64,000 nucleotides of DNA from positions 362,116-426,115 of the forward strand of contig JAQGDQ010000064.1 in the NCBI GenBank assembly GCA_030141605.1, given 5' to 3'. The stretch is from Tubiluchus corallicola (lineage: Eukaryota > Animalia > Priapulida). Position 1 is the first letter of the stretch. The number at the start of each line of letters is the position of its first letter. Below are positions 25,001-39,255 of this stretch, piece after piece. Below the pieces are notes generated by a model, which saw only the letters and a list, made by a program, of their open reading frames with translations, ran no database searches and was not told where the DNA came from. The position numbers and the translations under genes are program-made.

Positions 25001-28000
25001 AAATGATCCGAGAATACCGAAAGCAGGTTGTGACTTGAGCTTTATTTTTATATCTGCATCGTCGTGTGACTAATAATAACAATTGATGTATTATTATATT
25101 CATGTATATTGTGATACCTAGGACAAGGTGGTCATTAGGGCTGTACAGTATAACTGGTTTTTTGGTATACCTTTGTTCAATGCCAGTTCTTATTACCTAT
25201 AAGTAGGCCTATTATCCTGTTACGCATTTCCGACTACTTTTGACTTGACTAAAGCTACCTTAATAAAGCATACCTAACTAAACAAACTAAATTAAAATTT
25301 TTGTTAATAGGATCTACACAGCACGAAAACAGCCATTGCTATGTCTCATGTGATATACGTCAATTGAATTACAATATGCTCTTTATACTTAACACAATAT
25401 TCAGTATATCACAGTATGGCAAAATGTACCTCAATGTATTGCACTACTGAATATAGGGTGATTGTGTATTAAATTGGTGTGCAAGCAATGCGTTCATTCT
25501 TTATGAGGCCAATTTTTATAGTATTATTTTAGGAACTGTCTTAATGTACCAGGTAACTTAATAGTTGATATCTTGAATTTTCTTAGATTTGGATGTTGAT
25601 TTTGGCTTCATATTTTAAACCAGTTATAGCTCAGTCAGTATGTCACAGTTCAGTAACACTATGACCACTCACAATACTCTCCTATCTGCTTCTGAAATTT
25701 ATGTATAATGTTCATTGGTTGTTAATAAATTAAATATTTGCATTCAAGGGCCTTCTTGCATTATTTCAGGTTGAAAAAGAGCTACAGGATATATGTGGCG
25801 ATATTTTGGAAGTTATTGATAAGCATCTAATACCAAATGCGACTTCTGGCGAGTCAAAAGTCTTCTATTATAAAATGTAGGTAATATAACACAATGTTAA
25901 TTGATGCCTGTATGAATTTTAATTTCTTAATAATTAAGGCCACATGAATAGTGCCTTGGGTACATATATCTTAAAGAAGTGAATGTAAAAATCATCTTTG
26001 GTTTTTGAAGTTTTTTTTATGTCTATAAATCTGATTCCATTGTGCAATTTAGCAATGTAATGTTGTGCAGTGTTTGCCATTGCGCAATTCAATTTTCACC
26101 TTGAATTAACTTACCAAGGGTGCAGAAGTTCTGTTTTGTATGCTGAACAGAATGTAGGAATTCTATCAAAATCTCTAAATATAAATCTTGTCAAACACTA
26201 TAGTGTTTTCTTTCGCCACTTACACAATCATCACACAAAGCTGTTGATCGGTCACTAAATAATTTATTTGCCTAGTAATGGCAAATATGGCTTTTCCAAG
26301 AAAACTGGTTGTTTGCCGGAATATTTTATTGTTTATTGACTTGGAGTAACTTTCTGTTGTTTTTACAGTAAAGATTTTTCAGCACTTGTAAAATTTGTGT
26401 CGAGCACTACTATGAAGAGGCACTTCATAATTTGTTAAATGTCATATAGTAACCATCGAATTTTTTTATCATGTTTTATTAAGAAATAACGGTGCTTCTG
26501 CTGGATGCTAACGGTCATACGGTAAAGTGGAACCGAAATACTAGTATTTTTTAATAAAAAATGATTAAAAATTTGTTGGTTTATCATGTAATATTTAACA
26601 AATTGATGTCGTTCCTGCTATATACTAAGAATTTGCAAACTCTGTCCTTCATAACTTACTAATTTACTTGTATAATTAGAGAAGAATTCTAAATTTAGTT
26701 TTGAGATATACCAGTAAGCTAACAAATAGCATTAAGTTATGATTATATAAGCAATATGTTTGAGGCTGTGTGAAAACGTTCTCTATCTGTAAGTAGTTAA
26801 TATTAGCTTCTTTAAATATAGCTTCAGCTTTCTTTACATTGTGGAAAATCACAAAGTAAAGTATCGAGTACCACCTTCAGTAATCTACGGGTTACATTTA
26901 TTAATGAATTCTACCTGTTAAACTATTAACTTAGATTATGTCTTTGAAGGAAAACCGGATCCAATCTTAAACAGTAGGTCAAAACGTTCTACCCTTTAAA
27001 ATATTGAAATGGAACATACTATTTTTTCAAGAATCACTTACGTGAAAGAATTATTGCCACACAAATGCAATTTCGCATTCGTGCCGCTAGTTCTTTGCTG
27101 GGGTTATGTCTATTTGCTTTTGTCTGGCAAACCAAGATATGAGTGTACATGCATTTCGCCGTTCGCTAGTTAGACGGGCACTGGCATCTGCATTTCCAAA
27201 ACGCGTTGCACAAGAAACAGGTGTTGTATCTCTCAGTTCAGAGGTCTTCATTTGTAGCATAATGCACATTCGACAGCTAATGCATGAGCGCAGCGCTAAA
27301 TTTGAAATTTTAATTTTATCTTAAAACTTGCTGAGTTTTAGCACAACACACCGAATCTCTTGCATTACGCTCATGGAATGTTTTTTTTTCTGTAGTAAAT
27401 TATGTTCATTTTTGGTGTTATCAATAGTTGGGCTCGCCCACCGTTAATTAAGATTTTGATCCATTTTTTAACTGTCATAAATACTTTTGCAATATTATTG
27501 GTATTAAAATGTTATACTTTTTACCATACTTGAAAATGGGGTAGCATATGAAAAATCATCCTGTCTTTCGGAATCTCTTAAGGTCTCGAAATCATATCTA
27601 ACCAATAATACAATTTTTAGAACTCATCATTGTAATTTCTACAATAATATCAACTGGGAAGAACAAATTTAAACACAAGTATACTGCTGTGTTTAATGAG
27701 ATTTGCATGTTCAATAGCACTTGCTGCGGAATATCACTATATATGCTAGAATCGTTATATTCTTATTAGCACTAATTGCAACCTGCAATGTTAATTATAG
27801 GGTATGTGAGGTGTATGCTACATTTTTCGATCAATATTATGTACATTTTACTGTAGTTTCTTATTTTAGCAACACTTTCAAGTGAATATGCTAATGCTGA
27901 TGCATTTTACTGTTAGTTAATGGATCTAGATTGATTTCTAATTCGTTTAATTTTTTATGCACTAACATGGGCAGCAGAACATATTTCTCAGATAGGCATC

Positions 28001-30307
28001 ACACAAAGAACTTGCACTGTATCAGAAACTTTTTTATGAAGTTTCTTCGACTACACAGCCCACTTAATTGATACCTGAAATTCTTTTTGCCCACCAGTCC
28101 ACTTTAGATTTGAATTCGTGAATTTTAAATTTATTCTTTTTTACGAGTCACTCTAAATGTGGACTAATAACCCCATTTTTGCACAATTTATGCAGAAGAT
28201 TCTTGTCATAGTAGTACTGTTGTTTAGTGATATTAGTCTTTCGGAAAATAATTGTAATTTTTTAAAAAAAATTTAATAGGCGTCACCTTTGATAATAGAA
28301 ACTACATTTTCATCATAATTTATGCATGAAAGGGAGTATTTTCTGTAAAATGAGTGCTTTGGGAACATGAAGAGAAATTTTAATTTTTTCCTGTAAGCTA
28401 ACTACCTCATTTCTTTGCCATTTTATCTGATGGTATGTTTGTTGAGCTTGGCAAAATCAGTGATCTCTACCAGTGAGCACTGTTTTTTTTTAACATTTAC
28501 CACTGATCCATCACTGATAAAAAAAGGTTTTATGAGATGCCTTGTACTAGATCAGAATTTTGTCCACATCTGACAATTTTAAACCTTAAAAAATGAAATT
28601 CCATCACTGCATCACTATATTATTATGGTAGTGAAGCTGGGCATAAAAAAATTGTTTGTCTTACCTCAAATGTTACTTGTTACTTGTGAGCTTAAAAGGT
28701 GTCAGCAGGGAGAGAAAAAATTTTTTTCCAAAAAAAATTTCAAGCTTTGTTAATGTTTAAAGTTGAATTGTGGAATCTTTAAAATCAGATGAAATCAAAG
28801 TTTGTTTATTTCCCACTGGTTAGCAATAATGTTTTAATTTTTTTCAATGCACATTTTTCACACTTTGTTTTATTGTTTTTTCTGCATGACTAAATTATCA
28901 TATAATGATCAATTATCTCTTTTTTGCATGGTATGTTCTGATAATTATTGTTCTAACACTTCTCAGTTGTTGATGCTCTGATCTGGGCGAAAATGTGATG
29001 CTTTTTAGCCTCCAACAAGATAGAGTATCACACAAAACCTAGAGTTACCCATAGAAAAACATGGCTGTGTCGTCGCCGAGTTTTATATTTTGTTGCGTTT
29101 TGAGTTAGAAAATACTCTTTTATATGACAGTGTCAGGTAAGTATTTGAATGTACAAAAAAAATTATCTAATTTCCGACTCGGTGTACAGTAAAAATGTAT
29201 TACCCGGGCAATTAGGCGGAAACAGAAGTATTTTTATTGCTGTCCTCATTTTGTATATACATATGTTATATATTGAAGTTACTAGGTTGTAGTTGAAATT
29301 ACAAGATTATTTGTTTTAAAAATTTGGATTTTTTTTATATTTTTAATGTATTTTTTAATTCTTTTTAGGAAGGGAGACTATCATCGTTATTTGGCCGAAT
29401 TTGCTACAAGTAATGAACGAAAAGATGCAGCCGAGTTCTCACTCATTGCCTACAAGGCCGCTAGCGATATTGCCATGACGGAATTGCCACCTACACATCC
29501 AATTCGGCTTGGCTTGGCGCTCAACTTCTCTGTCTTTTATTATGAGATTCTCAATTCACCAGACCGAGCATGTCGATTGGCAAAGGCAGCGTTTGATGAT
29601 GCAATCGCTGAGTTAGACACGTTAAGCGAGGAGAGTTACAAGGACTCGACCCTTATCATGCAGTTGCTGAGGGACAACTTGACATTGTGGACGTCAGACA
29701 TGCAGGGTGATGGAGAAAAAGGTAAAACATAGTTTCATATATTTCAGAGTTTTAAATCAGCATGAATATCATCCTAAATGCAGATAAGACCACACAGTGT
29801 ACTTAAGCTATATGTAGCAAAAATTCTGATAAAGATACAAAAAATTTAAAAAGTACGCAATTCTAAATTATCACATCACTTCAATTTTGTTTTACCTTCT
29901 TTACTTTTTCTACATTTAAACTCATTTGTAGATAATTTTTGTCTTGTCTGCAAAATTTTAAACATCATTTATCTAGTACTCAACAAAACTAGTACAGAGA
30001 TAACAACAGTAATGCCATAATTAACAAGAAGAATTGAGTACCATAAAAGGCAAGTTTGAGAATTTATTAAGTATTGAATCTGTTTCACTTGAAAGTTGGT
30101 TTGACCACTGAAATGACTAAGGACTCAACTCAGATTTGGACCATGGTACGTTTAGACATGACTCAGAGTTTGAAGCATATTGATTTACTCTCTAAAATGC
30201 ACATAATAAACCTTTCAAACTAATTTCTTTTTTGTCTTCATTTTTGTTTAGGCGAGGAGAAGGGTGAGACACAGGTACAAGATGTAGATGAACAAGAAGC
30301 ATCATAA
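19081..30307 (+). CDS. YWHAE: 14-3-3 protein epsilon, 5 exons, 262 aa
   Basis: Exons 19081-19150 ([23 protein letters not shown]), 24824-25026, 25770-25876, 29369-29721, 30252-30307 (TAA); total 789 nt in frame. Epsilon-type sequences [24 protein letters not shown] and [90 protein letters not shown]. Confidence 0.97.
22675..23180 (+). mobile_element. Internally deleted Tc1/mariner element (copy 1), in 14-3-3 intron 1
   Basis: The start (gtggcacaaaaaatgtgctgaagtttagactgcaataa) matches 56512 onward; decayed transposase C-terminus NPLDCGI*NSFKE...CIENVGH. Right boundary approximate. Confidence 0.6.
26948..27570 (-). mobile_element. Kolobok-like non-autonomous element, inverted diverged copy of 53698-54294
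   Basis: Reverse-complement similarity along its length (e.g. gcatttcgccgttcgctagttagacgggcact versus agtgcccgtctaactagcgaaaggcgaaatgc); terminus ttga|aggaaaaccgg. Confidence 0.7.
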
Positions 30308-33123
30308 CTTCTTCTAGCAGAATTTTACCTTGACAACCGTTGCCATACACTGTCAATCGTCATCACATTATTTGCAGGGACTTGATTGGGAAGCAAACTT
30401 CCATCAGCATCTACCTGGTTTGTGTATACTGTACATACAAATCCTGTTGAGCATCAGAACACAACACACGAAGTCGAAAATAATGTTTTCATGCTGATTT
30501 GGTTATTGGCACTGGTATTTTGAGACAGATGGCAATAGTTGTCAGGCTCGAGTGCATCGTGTATTAATGTGTAATACAATTTATTCTTGATTTATACATA
30601 AGGTTATTACTGTATTGAAAATAAGACTTGTGCAAGTATTTTGTCTCATGCTAAATGTCAGTTAGTTATACTTCCTGTGCCCACAAAATCGCCTACCCAC
30701 ACTTCTGAGGTATATATATTAATACCAACTCAAAAACATCAGACTTAAATTTCATTTCTATATTATATTCATTCATATCTATATCTCCTTGCTTAAACAT
30801 TTTGAAAGCATGCTGGTAGGTTTTATGCAGAAATTTTTCAGCATACTTACCATAGTAGGTTTTATGCTTTTGTTGTCCACATGCACATTACTAAACATAA
30901 ATGTTAAATCTATGTACATATGATTGTATGCACATTCCAAGTCTGCTACGCTTTAAATTGCTAGTTGGTCTACTTTTGGACGTTAGTGCAGATGTATTGT
31001 ATTATAACTTCCTGGTAGAACTGACATGCGTAGTCGTATACGTTAACATGTAGAAATGCGAATCTTAACTAGATGTAAGTTTTTTAATTTTTTCCGGGCT
31101 GTTTCAGTGTATTAGTTACAAAATCTTTCAATGTCTAAACATATTTAATTTATTACAGAAAACTAATGCTTTCTTCCTCTCACGCATGTCAATGGTTTGT
31201 GATTTCCTTTCAAATTTATTATAGATTTAATTGTAATGTCACTGATTATCAAGTTATTCAAAACGTTTGTTCACTAATAGTTACACATTATATCTTCATT
31301 TTCAAATCCTATAACAGCATCGCTTCTGTCCGTCTATGCCCTGTTTGCATTGTAGTATAAAATGCATCTGCTTTGAACTGAAAGGCATGTAAAATGACCA
31401 GGTGGTGGCTCTGGTGGGAAGTATGCCTTTTCTGAATTAAACAATTTGTCTTCAACAGCAAAAAACCTGGAAAAATGTATTAAATAATCAAATGGAACAT
31501 TTGCATTGAGGATGACTTGTGTCTTGCTCTCACCCTTCTTTGTACACTTCAAGTATTTGTACACTGCAATGTTCAAGTATAATTATTTATTCTGGTCTTC
31601 TCAATATTGGCTGGTATAAAAAAATTCTGATGACCTTACACAGCATTGGTACGAATTCGAACACTGCTCTGCAAAAAGTATTAATTGCTTTACAAGATGC
31701 ACTTAAAATTGCACTGACGCAATGTGTTGCTGGAAAATACTTTCGAGATTTTGCATTTCTAGTAGTATTGGTGTTAAGCATGGCTTAAGTTTTTTACTTG
31801 TTGCCTTCAAAGGCCATTCCCACTAGAGGTATATCTTGGTAAATATTGCTTTCCATTAATGCTCTATTAATATTAAACCTGGTATGTAAAAACGATTACA
31901 TATTTATATAAATGATGTTACTGCACTTTAGGTCATTGTATTTGTGTACTCGTTCGTCCGCAATGCAGTTGTCTGGCCTGTAGTTTGTGTACAAGCATGT
32001 AGACTGGCTTTTAGATTGAACTGGACAAATGTGTAGAAGTGTACAATGGCCTGTAGTTTTATCCTAGTTGCTTTTAAATTAAAAAGACTTGCGCTTATGA
32101 TAGGTGTGTAGACACTGACATGGTATAGAATGCTTACTTACCGGTCTGTTGTAACTTTTCATTGTTTGTTTTATTCTTGTTTTGTTAGTCTGGTGAAAAC
32201 TTTGGTTTTCTGGCAAAGTTGTTGTTCGATATCAGATCTCGTGCAGTTTTGTGATTTACCGATCCACAGTTCTTCAGTACAATACTAAACTCTTCTTAAA
32301 TGTAGTGCAAGTTTAAGTGAAAATTATTTTGACGTATCAACAATACAAGCTTTGTTTAAGGTGATTTTTGAGTCTATTGTATATTGAATGTCAGTGGATG
32401 TTTTTTCCGATTTCACCAGTTTGCGTTACTATGCTGTTATTCTGTCATTAGAGATGGCATGTTTATATAGACTTAAAACAAGTGATTGTTTATGTACATT
32501 TTTGTTGTTTACTTATGTTGTGCATCAGTTTGTCACATCATACAACTGCATCTTGGTTTATAAATTAATTTTTAGCTCGACTGTTGTGTTGTGGATAAAT
32601 TAATATCCGTTTTACCTAGGTTTGACATGTAAAATCCATCACATCCATTTGAATTCTAAAATCTATCAAAATTCTACTTCTGGTTTACTTTTTAGTAATT
32701 TTTGTCCTGTCAAAGTTTATTGTTAATAGCTTTTTATCTCACAATAGTTGTGCATTTAAATTATTCTTGTTTGTTTTGTAATTTCAGGTTAAACATCTGT
32801 GATTTGTTTCTGCCTGTAGCAGATCTGTATAGTCGCATTAGTTTGATGTCACACTTATGAATTTATGCGCTGACCCGATTTTTTCCGAAATAGTTCATGG
32901 AATTTATAAATTGATAAATGTGCCCTCTTTTTGTTGTGTTGTCAGTGTTATCTCAATGACACCTGCCTCCCCTCATTGCCGTCACTAACCAAATTATCAC
33001 TGTCAGATTATCTAAAACAATGCACTAGATAATTAAACCAAGACAGTTGCTTGTTTCAGACATTTTCAGCTGTTGTGTTTTGCTTCACATAAATGTATGT
33101 ATTGGAAAAACTTGAGCTTCTAA

Positions 33124-33129
33124 AATAAA
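33124..33129 (+). terminator. Putative polyadenylation signal of 14-3-3 epsilon
   Basis: AATAAA followed by a T/GT-rich tract near 33150, where the strand composition switches from T-rich to A-rich. Confidence 0.4.
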
Positions 33130-34184
33130 GGCCACTGTCATGAAAAATATTTGTTTTTGATGTCATAGTATCAGAAGAGAAATGTTTGTTCAAGTGAAGC
33201 GAGTACATGATCCTGAAAACTGTTCTTGTTTACTAAAGTACTTGCCAGTTAAAAGAAAAAGTTGAAGTTATTAACATTTATGAGATTTATTACCTTGCCT
33301 GCAGGTAAGAAAAAAATTCAGGTCAACATGAAACTTGTGTTTTACAGACTGTCACGTTATGACCTGGAAAAATAGTACAGAAAAATGGCGAGCAAATTCA
33401 ATGAATCTCCTCGGAGAAAGATGAATAGGCCTATGCTACTTCCTTTTGCAGTCAAGACAAATTGTTTGATAAATATTACTTAAAGCATTATGCTATAGCT
33501 GTACCCACCAGTTAACAAATATTGACAGCACCATGTGTCCAATATATTCCAAGGTTATTGGAAAAATAATTAATACAACCAAGTCAGTAACAAAATGCTA
33601 CAAATTTTATCAAAAACATGATAGGCTGTGAGGAATGTTCCATGACTGACAGTTGAACTACATTTCAGTAATAAAGAAAATTCGTTTTGTGGATATTTGT
33701 AGTAGAATATCAATGAGATAAGCAACGGTCAAACAAATAAAACACAACCACGATTCGAATATAAGATACTTCAAATATTATGGTAGCATGCTGTTTACAA
33801 GCTAAGATTATGATATAAACATGCACCAGATGAGTCACAGTCAATGACACGAAATTACCACGATGGGAAAAAAATAAATGCAATAAAAATTAAAATATAA
33901 AAAATGTACCCTGAATACCAGCTTAAAAACAAATGCAATATAAAATAGAATGTTAAATGGAAGGCATATTAGTTTTAAATCACAAGGATTTGCTAGCTAA
34001 ATAAGCTTACTAGACTCAGTACTTCTTCATTCACATACTCAATACTAAAAATTAAAATCAACATAAGATATTAGAGCCAATATAATTATTGTATTAATTA
34101 AATAACTAGTTCAATTTTACGAGTATTACAATGACACCAAAAATATTCTTATTTTGCTCTTTTTTATCACTGGTTGCGATTTAC

Positions 34185-37100
34185 TTATTGGCCCATTGTC
34201 AGAGACCCAGCACCAATGCCAAAACCAATACCCTTTGGTCCAAACTGCTTTCCATAGCAACCTGAAACATGTTCAAATATTTTACAAATTATGAGCAATA
34301 TATTAAGAAAGCAGTATTTTTTTTTTAATTTTTCACAAGTTTTAGTATACATATCTAACAAAACCAAAGCTTTGCTTACTTTTGCAGTATATTTCATCTT
34401 CTCTTTCTGTTACTGTCATGGAATCCATCCGTTTATTGCAGCTATGGCATGTGAAACATTGCTTGTGCCAAATCTAAATAAAAATACATAGTTATGCAAT
34501 ACATCTCTGGCATAAGCAACATTTCCAGAAAAAGTTTACTTCCTATACCAATATTCGATCATACTGTATTATTAGTGTTGTTTGATATTGTTTTTTCTGA
34601 CCCGATACGATACTAATACTTAAAAGAAAGGCCAAGCCTTCTAGAAGGTTAGGCTTCAGTGTTCGCAAAAAATGTTAGAAGGATGTACTACAGTAAATGC
34701 TGCGTAACTCAAAATCGCATAACTCAAAGAATTTCAGTGGAACTACATTTGAGTAATAAACAAAAAAATCCTTTTGTGGATATTTATACAGTAGGGCCGC
34801 TTAATAGACTCACTTTGGGACCAAAGTGTTTTGACCCAATTAACCGATGGGCGTAGTATTACAGGTGTAGAAGTATGAGTAATCAGCTTAGTATGCACTG
34901 CAAAGACTTTTAATGAATTTTAAAAACGAAGTAATGCCTAAATTCCTTTGTGCAGTTAAAAATTTTTAAAAATATTTTGAAATATTAATTTACATAAGTG
35001 AATTAGCAATAAATTAAAAACTATACCTTTCTAAATCATTTAAGTCTATTTATTTGCAAAAATTACAAAAAATTCCTTCAAAGTCAGCTGCTTCATTTTG
35101 TCGCGAAGAAGTTGGCTCACAAAGTTCTCATAATTATAAAAACATTGAAAATCTGTTGCAGTGTGAAAATTCCTTCAAAGTCAGCTGCTTCATTTTGCCG
35201 CAAAGAAGTTGGCTCACAAAGTTCTCATAATTATAAAAATGTTGAAAATCTGTTGCTGTGTGATGCACATATTCTCGCAAAACATTTAGCGCTTGGCATG
35301 CTTGAGCTGCGTTTTTCAAACTTCTTAATTCTATGCACTTATTTGCTGTATGATGTTTACTCTTTAAGTCACAAGGAATACTGGCTGATTACTGTACCTG
35401 CATCTTTGATTGTTAATTAAGCGTGAAAGCGTGATTTGCAATGAGAGCTTCAAAAGGTAACCTCTAGACAAGTAATTAAGTGTTCAGGTTCCAGAAATTC
35501 TAGGGTAACAGGTTAACATATTCAAAGCAAAACTGCTACGCCACCGTATTAGCGCATGATAAATGTACTAGCTTACAAACAAAACGGTACTTAACATTAT
35601 AGGTTTTACATATATTATACTGCATAAAAGTGAAGCAAAGATGACATAAAAGTAGAAAAGGCTCTTTGGGCACATTTAAATGTCTTATTTTAAGGACATG
35701 AAGGAAAATATTGAGTCAATTATGCAGAGTAATTTGAGTCAACTACCGGCTGTTTTATGTATAACTGGAAGTGTTTTTGAGTCAATTAAGAGATTGAGTC
35801 TATTAACCGTGGGTCTATTAAGCTGCGCCTACTGTAGTAGAATATCAATGAGATCAGCAAAGGTCAAACAAATAATAACACAACCACGATTCAAAAGCCT
35901 TCTAGCAGGTTAGGCTTATTTCAATATTTGCGAAAAATGTTAGAAGGATGTACTACAGCAAACTCTGCGTAACTCAAAATCGCATAACTAAAATTTTCGC
36001 CTAATACAAAGAATTTCAGCGGAACGACTGAAATCCTCCTTTTTCCCACAAAAAACATCGCTGAACTCGAAATTTTTCCTAACACAAATAAGAAATTATG
36101 GTCCAACACCGGACAGGTCGCTTACAGGTACGAATGATTCCTTGGGAAGTGCTGTAACCATTGGAAGTTTAAGCAGATAAAGATCAACCGATATTTAAGC
36201 AAATATCGACAATTCAGTATATCGGAAAATATCGAAATATTGCTAAACATCGGGTACCAGATATCGAACAACACTAATAATGTTGTATAGTTATATAAAT
36301 TATTGTAATTACACACACGGACACACACATATATAATGTTGTATAGTTACACATATATAAATAACTATACAACATAGGTTCATTTGCAAATTTCTGCTGA
36401 ATTTAAGAACATGTTGTTAGGTACAAGAAAGATGTAAAATGGTGGTTTGCAAACCTTTCCAGCGCCCATGACTTTCTCAGCAAAATAGACTGTTTTTGAA
36501 CATCGAGGACAGATGTCAGTGCTTCCATATTTTGGCTTGCGAATTGGTTTTATGTCACCGCCATTAGACAGAGGTGCTGCATAAGCCTGTGCTGTAGCTG
36601 GAACATTCCTGTCAGAAGTGAAAAAACATGCAACCTTAAAAGTGGTTTTTAATAAAAATTGCCCAAATTAAGGCCAATAGCCACTCAAGGTAAGAAGCTA
36701 AGAGGTGAAGAGATGAATATATGTCCAGAGAAAAAGAAGAAATGGGCAAGAAAGCTTTCACTGTGCTTCTTCAAGCACTACAACAAAACTTCTTATTCCA
36801 CTTAGCCTAATTTAACCGTTAATGAGTTTAAGCAATAGTCAATTAATGACTAGCCTATCCATTACTAGCCTTAAAACATACAAATCAAATTGTGATCCTT
36901 AAGCCAGGCTTTCACAGGGTTCGCGACTTCGGCGACTATCTGAGAATTTCTATGGCCAACAATCTCCAAACATGCACCAAATTTTCGTCAAACAGTTGCA
37001 AGTCATTCACAGGTATTTTCCACTATGGTTTAGGAATTTTTTTTTAAAACGTTTAAAGTTTGTCCCGGAGTCGCAAAACTCACCACTTCGCCAAACTGTC

Positions 37101-39255
37101 ATAAAGTGGTTGTAACTGCGCCACACGTTCGAAACAACTTCAGAATTCGCGAAATTCTGGCAAACACTTCGTGATGATTTTTCGACATTTTGGGGAACCC
37201 CAGTTGTTCCGCACTTCTTTTTGCAAAAAATTTGTGAAAATATACTCCACTTTATCGCGAAAGTGTCGCAGAAGTCACCAAATATGCACAAACACGTCAT
37301 GCAAATTTCGTGCGACATTCTCGCGATTTTCACCGGAGAAAAAGCCCGAAACTCGCAAAAAATGTGGCAACAATCATGCAAATGATTTATGAAAAAACAC
37401 AGTCGTGGGAATTTTCGGCAGTTGGTAGACTGCAAAAAAGTCGTGGCCCGTGAAAACCTGGCTTTAGAGTAAAAGTATGCATTTTCATAGAATATTTTGC
37501 CAAGAAAGCAGTACGCAAATTTCTTTTATTACTTTGTCAAAACAAAATAAAAACTAGTATTTAATGAACAGCAACAAGCAAAACATTTAAGAAATTTTTT
37601 TAAAATTTGCTAACAGGCTTATCAAATAGTTATTGAAAAAGTCACATCAGTCTCATCAAACAAACACATCCCTTTTCCATTTTAGCCTACAAAACAAAAA
37701 CATTAGCAATTTATCAAATGTGTCAATCAATGGCTCAGGTAAACAGATTCAAAATATCAACTCTATCAAAGATTCAAATTCAAAATATCTATATATTTCA
37801 GATTCAAAATATCAAAGGCACGTTACATCAGTGCGTCCCAGAAGATTATTAAATAACCACTAATCGTATTCATCTAAAAACTCCCCACTCACTCTCTCGT
37901 TATTTCATTCGTGTTTGATCCAGTGTCCATAGACAAAGCACCGGCGCCAACACCGAAGCCGACACCTTTAGGACCAAATAACTTTCCGTAGCAGTTCTTG
38001 CAGTAGGCTTTATCTTCGTGCTCGGTATAAGCAGCATCCAAACTTCGGCCACAGTTTTCTACAGAATCACCAGAAACAAATCAAATCAATAATTTTGCAC
38101 TATTATGTGATGTGACATATCTAAACAGTGTATATGAATGTACAGTGGGACACTAAACTTAAGCTGAATTTTAGGTTTATAAAAACAGACTACATTAGCA
38201 AAGTGTGTTACTTTCTCATCCTCTATCAATATAAGAACCTAATCAGTGCTACTAGTTTTGTCATAAACTGCAAAAAGTCCACTGTCATAGTTGCAAATGT
38301 AATTAGAGAAACTAAGAAGTTACTAAATGCTCTACTAAAAGGTTAAAAAAGATCTGAAAATAAAAATAAGCAAAATTACACGAAATAACTAATTTATATA
38401 GAAATTATAAATAAAACAGTTGTTCACTGGTTGTAGAATAGAATAGAATAGAATTTTATTTTTTACATGGAACACATTAAATTGTATACACAATATTTCC
38501 ATAATGGTCCATGGCGTGTTAATAGTAATTATTATATAAAGCAGAGCAGAATACCTTAAAATTAAACAAAACTAAAAACTGACTAAAATAAAGTATTTCT
38601 GCTTCTAACTGCTTCATGTAGCATACTAGGAATCCTAGAAATAAAACTTTGGTTATTCGCGCTTTAAATTTACGTAAAATATTAACACACCTACACGTGC
38701 CCATATGTAGCTAGTGCTAATGTTCAAAAATGTTCTTTCCAAATTTTAAAAAAAGATCACATTTTGGTATAGAATTATTGCCTAACTTCTCAAAAATGTA
38801 CAGACGTGGAAAAATTTTGCAGTGGCAACAGTTTCAAATTGCCAAATAAAATTCCAAAAAGTAAAAATTATAAATACTGTAAACACCAAGTAACAAAAAA
38901 TAATAAAATATCTCTGCAAAACAAAATTAAAGTAATTGGTGCGTTCATTGTAATACATGTGTGAGTTAGCTATAAGCATTTCAATTGGGCGACCTGACAT
39001 CACAAATCTTATGAGAGAAAGCTAGAAAAAAATTACAAGATGAAAACTCGTAAAGCTTATACATTTTTTTATATTTATATAAATACTTTTATTGATATTT
39101 TTTAAAAATAAAACCATCCTGTGCATTTCATTTTCAGTTTACACACTAAAACAAACCTTACCACATCTAAAACACATTTTATGCCATGTGTGCTTCATTG
39201 CCAGCTTTTGCTCCGCAAAATATACTTCTTTATCGCACTTGGGACACTTCGGCAT
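34185..39255 (-). CDS. CSRP: Cysteine- and glycine-rich protein / muscle LIM protein (CSRP family), two LIM domains, 194 aa
   Basis: Minus-strand exons 39255-39162 ([31 protein letters not shown]), 38058-37893 ([37 protein letters not shown]), 36608-36455 ([28 protein letters not shown]), 34473-34380 ([23 protein letters not shown]), 34261-34185 ([25 protein letters not shown]); 585 nt in frame, GT-AG introns. A 5'UTR acceptor lies at 39300/39301. The CSRP1/2/3 paralogue cannot be assigned. Confidence 0.95.
34789..35834. mobile_element. pogo/Tigger-like non-autonomous element in CSRP intron 3
   Basis: TA TSD (34787-88, 35835-36); TIR cagtagggccgcttaatagactcac versus gtgggtctattaagctgcgcctactg; an uninterrupted homologue of the target site exists at 33655-33756. 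Confidence 0.8.
35069..35263. repeat. Tandem duplication, two units of about 97 bp
   Basis: aattccttcaaagtcagctgcttcattttg...gaaaatctgttgc(a/t)gtgtga occurs twice back to back. Confidence 0.9.
36902..37463. mobile_element. PIF/Harbinger-type MITE in CSRP intron 2
   Basis: 3-bp TSD TTA (36899-36901, 37464-37466); TIR agccaggctttcac / gtgaaaacctggct; CpG-rich interior with tcgcga-type repeats. Confidence 0.75.
38433..38680 (-). mobile_element. 3' end relic of a CR1/L2-clade LINE
   Basis: The minus strand ends aataaaa(ttcta)4; upstream [12 protein letters not shown] resembles an ORF2 C-terminus. Confidence 0.45.

Noticed and set aside
37007-37435. 142-aa minus-strand ORF
   Set aside because: It lies inside the Harbinger-type MITE and has no protein motifs.
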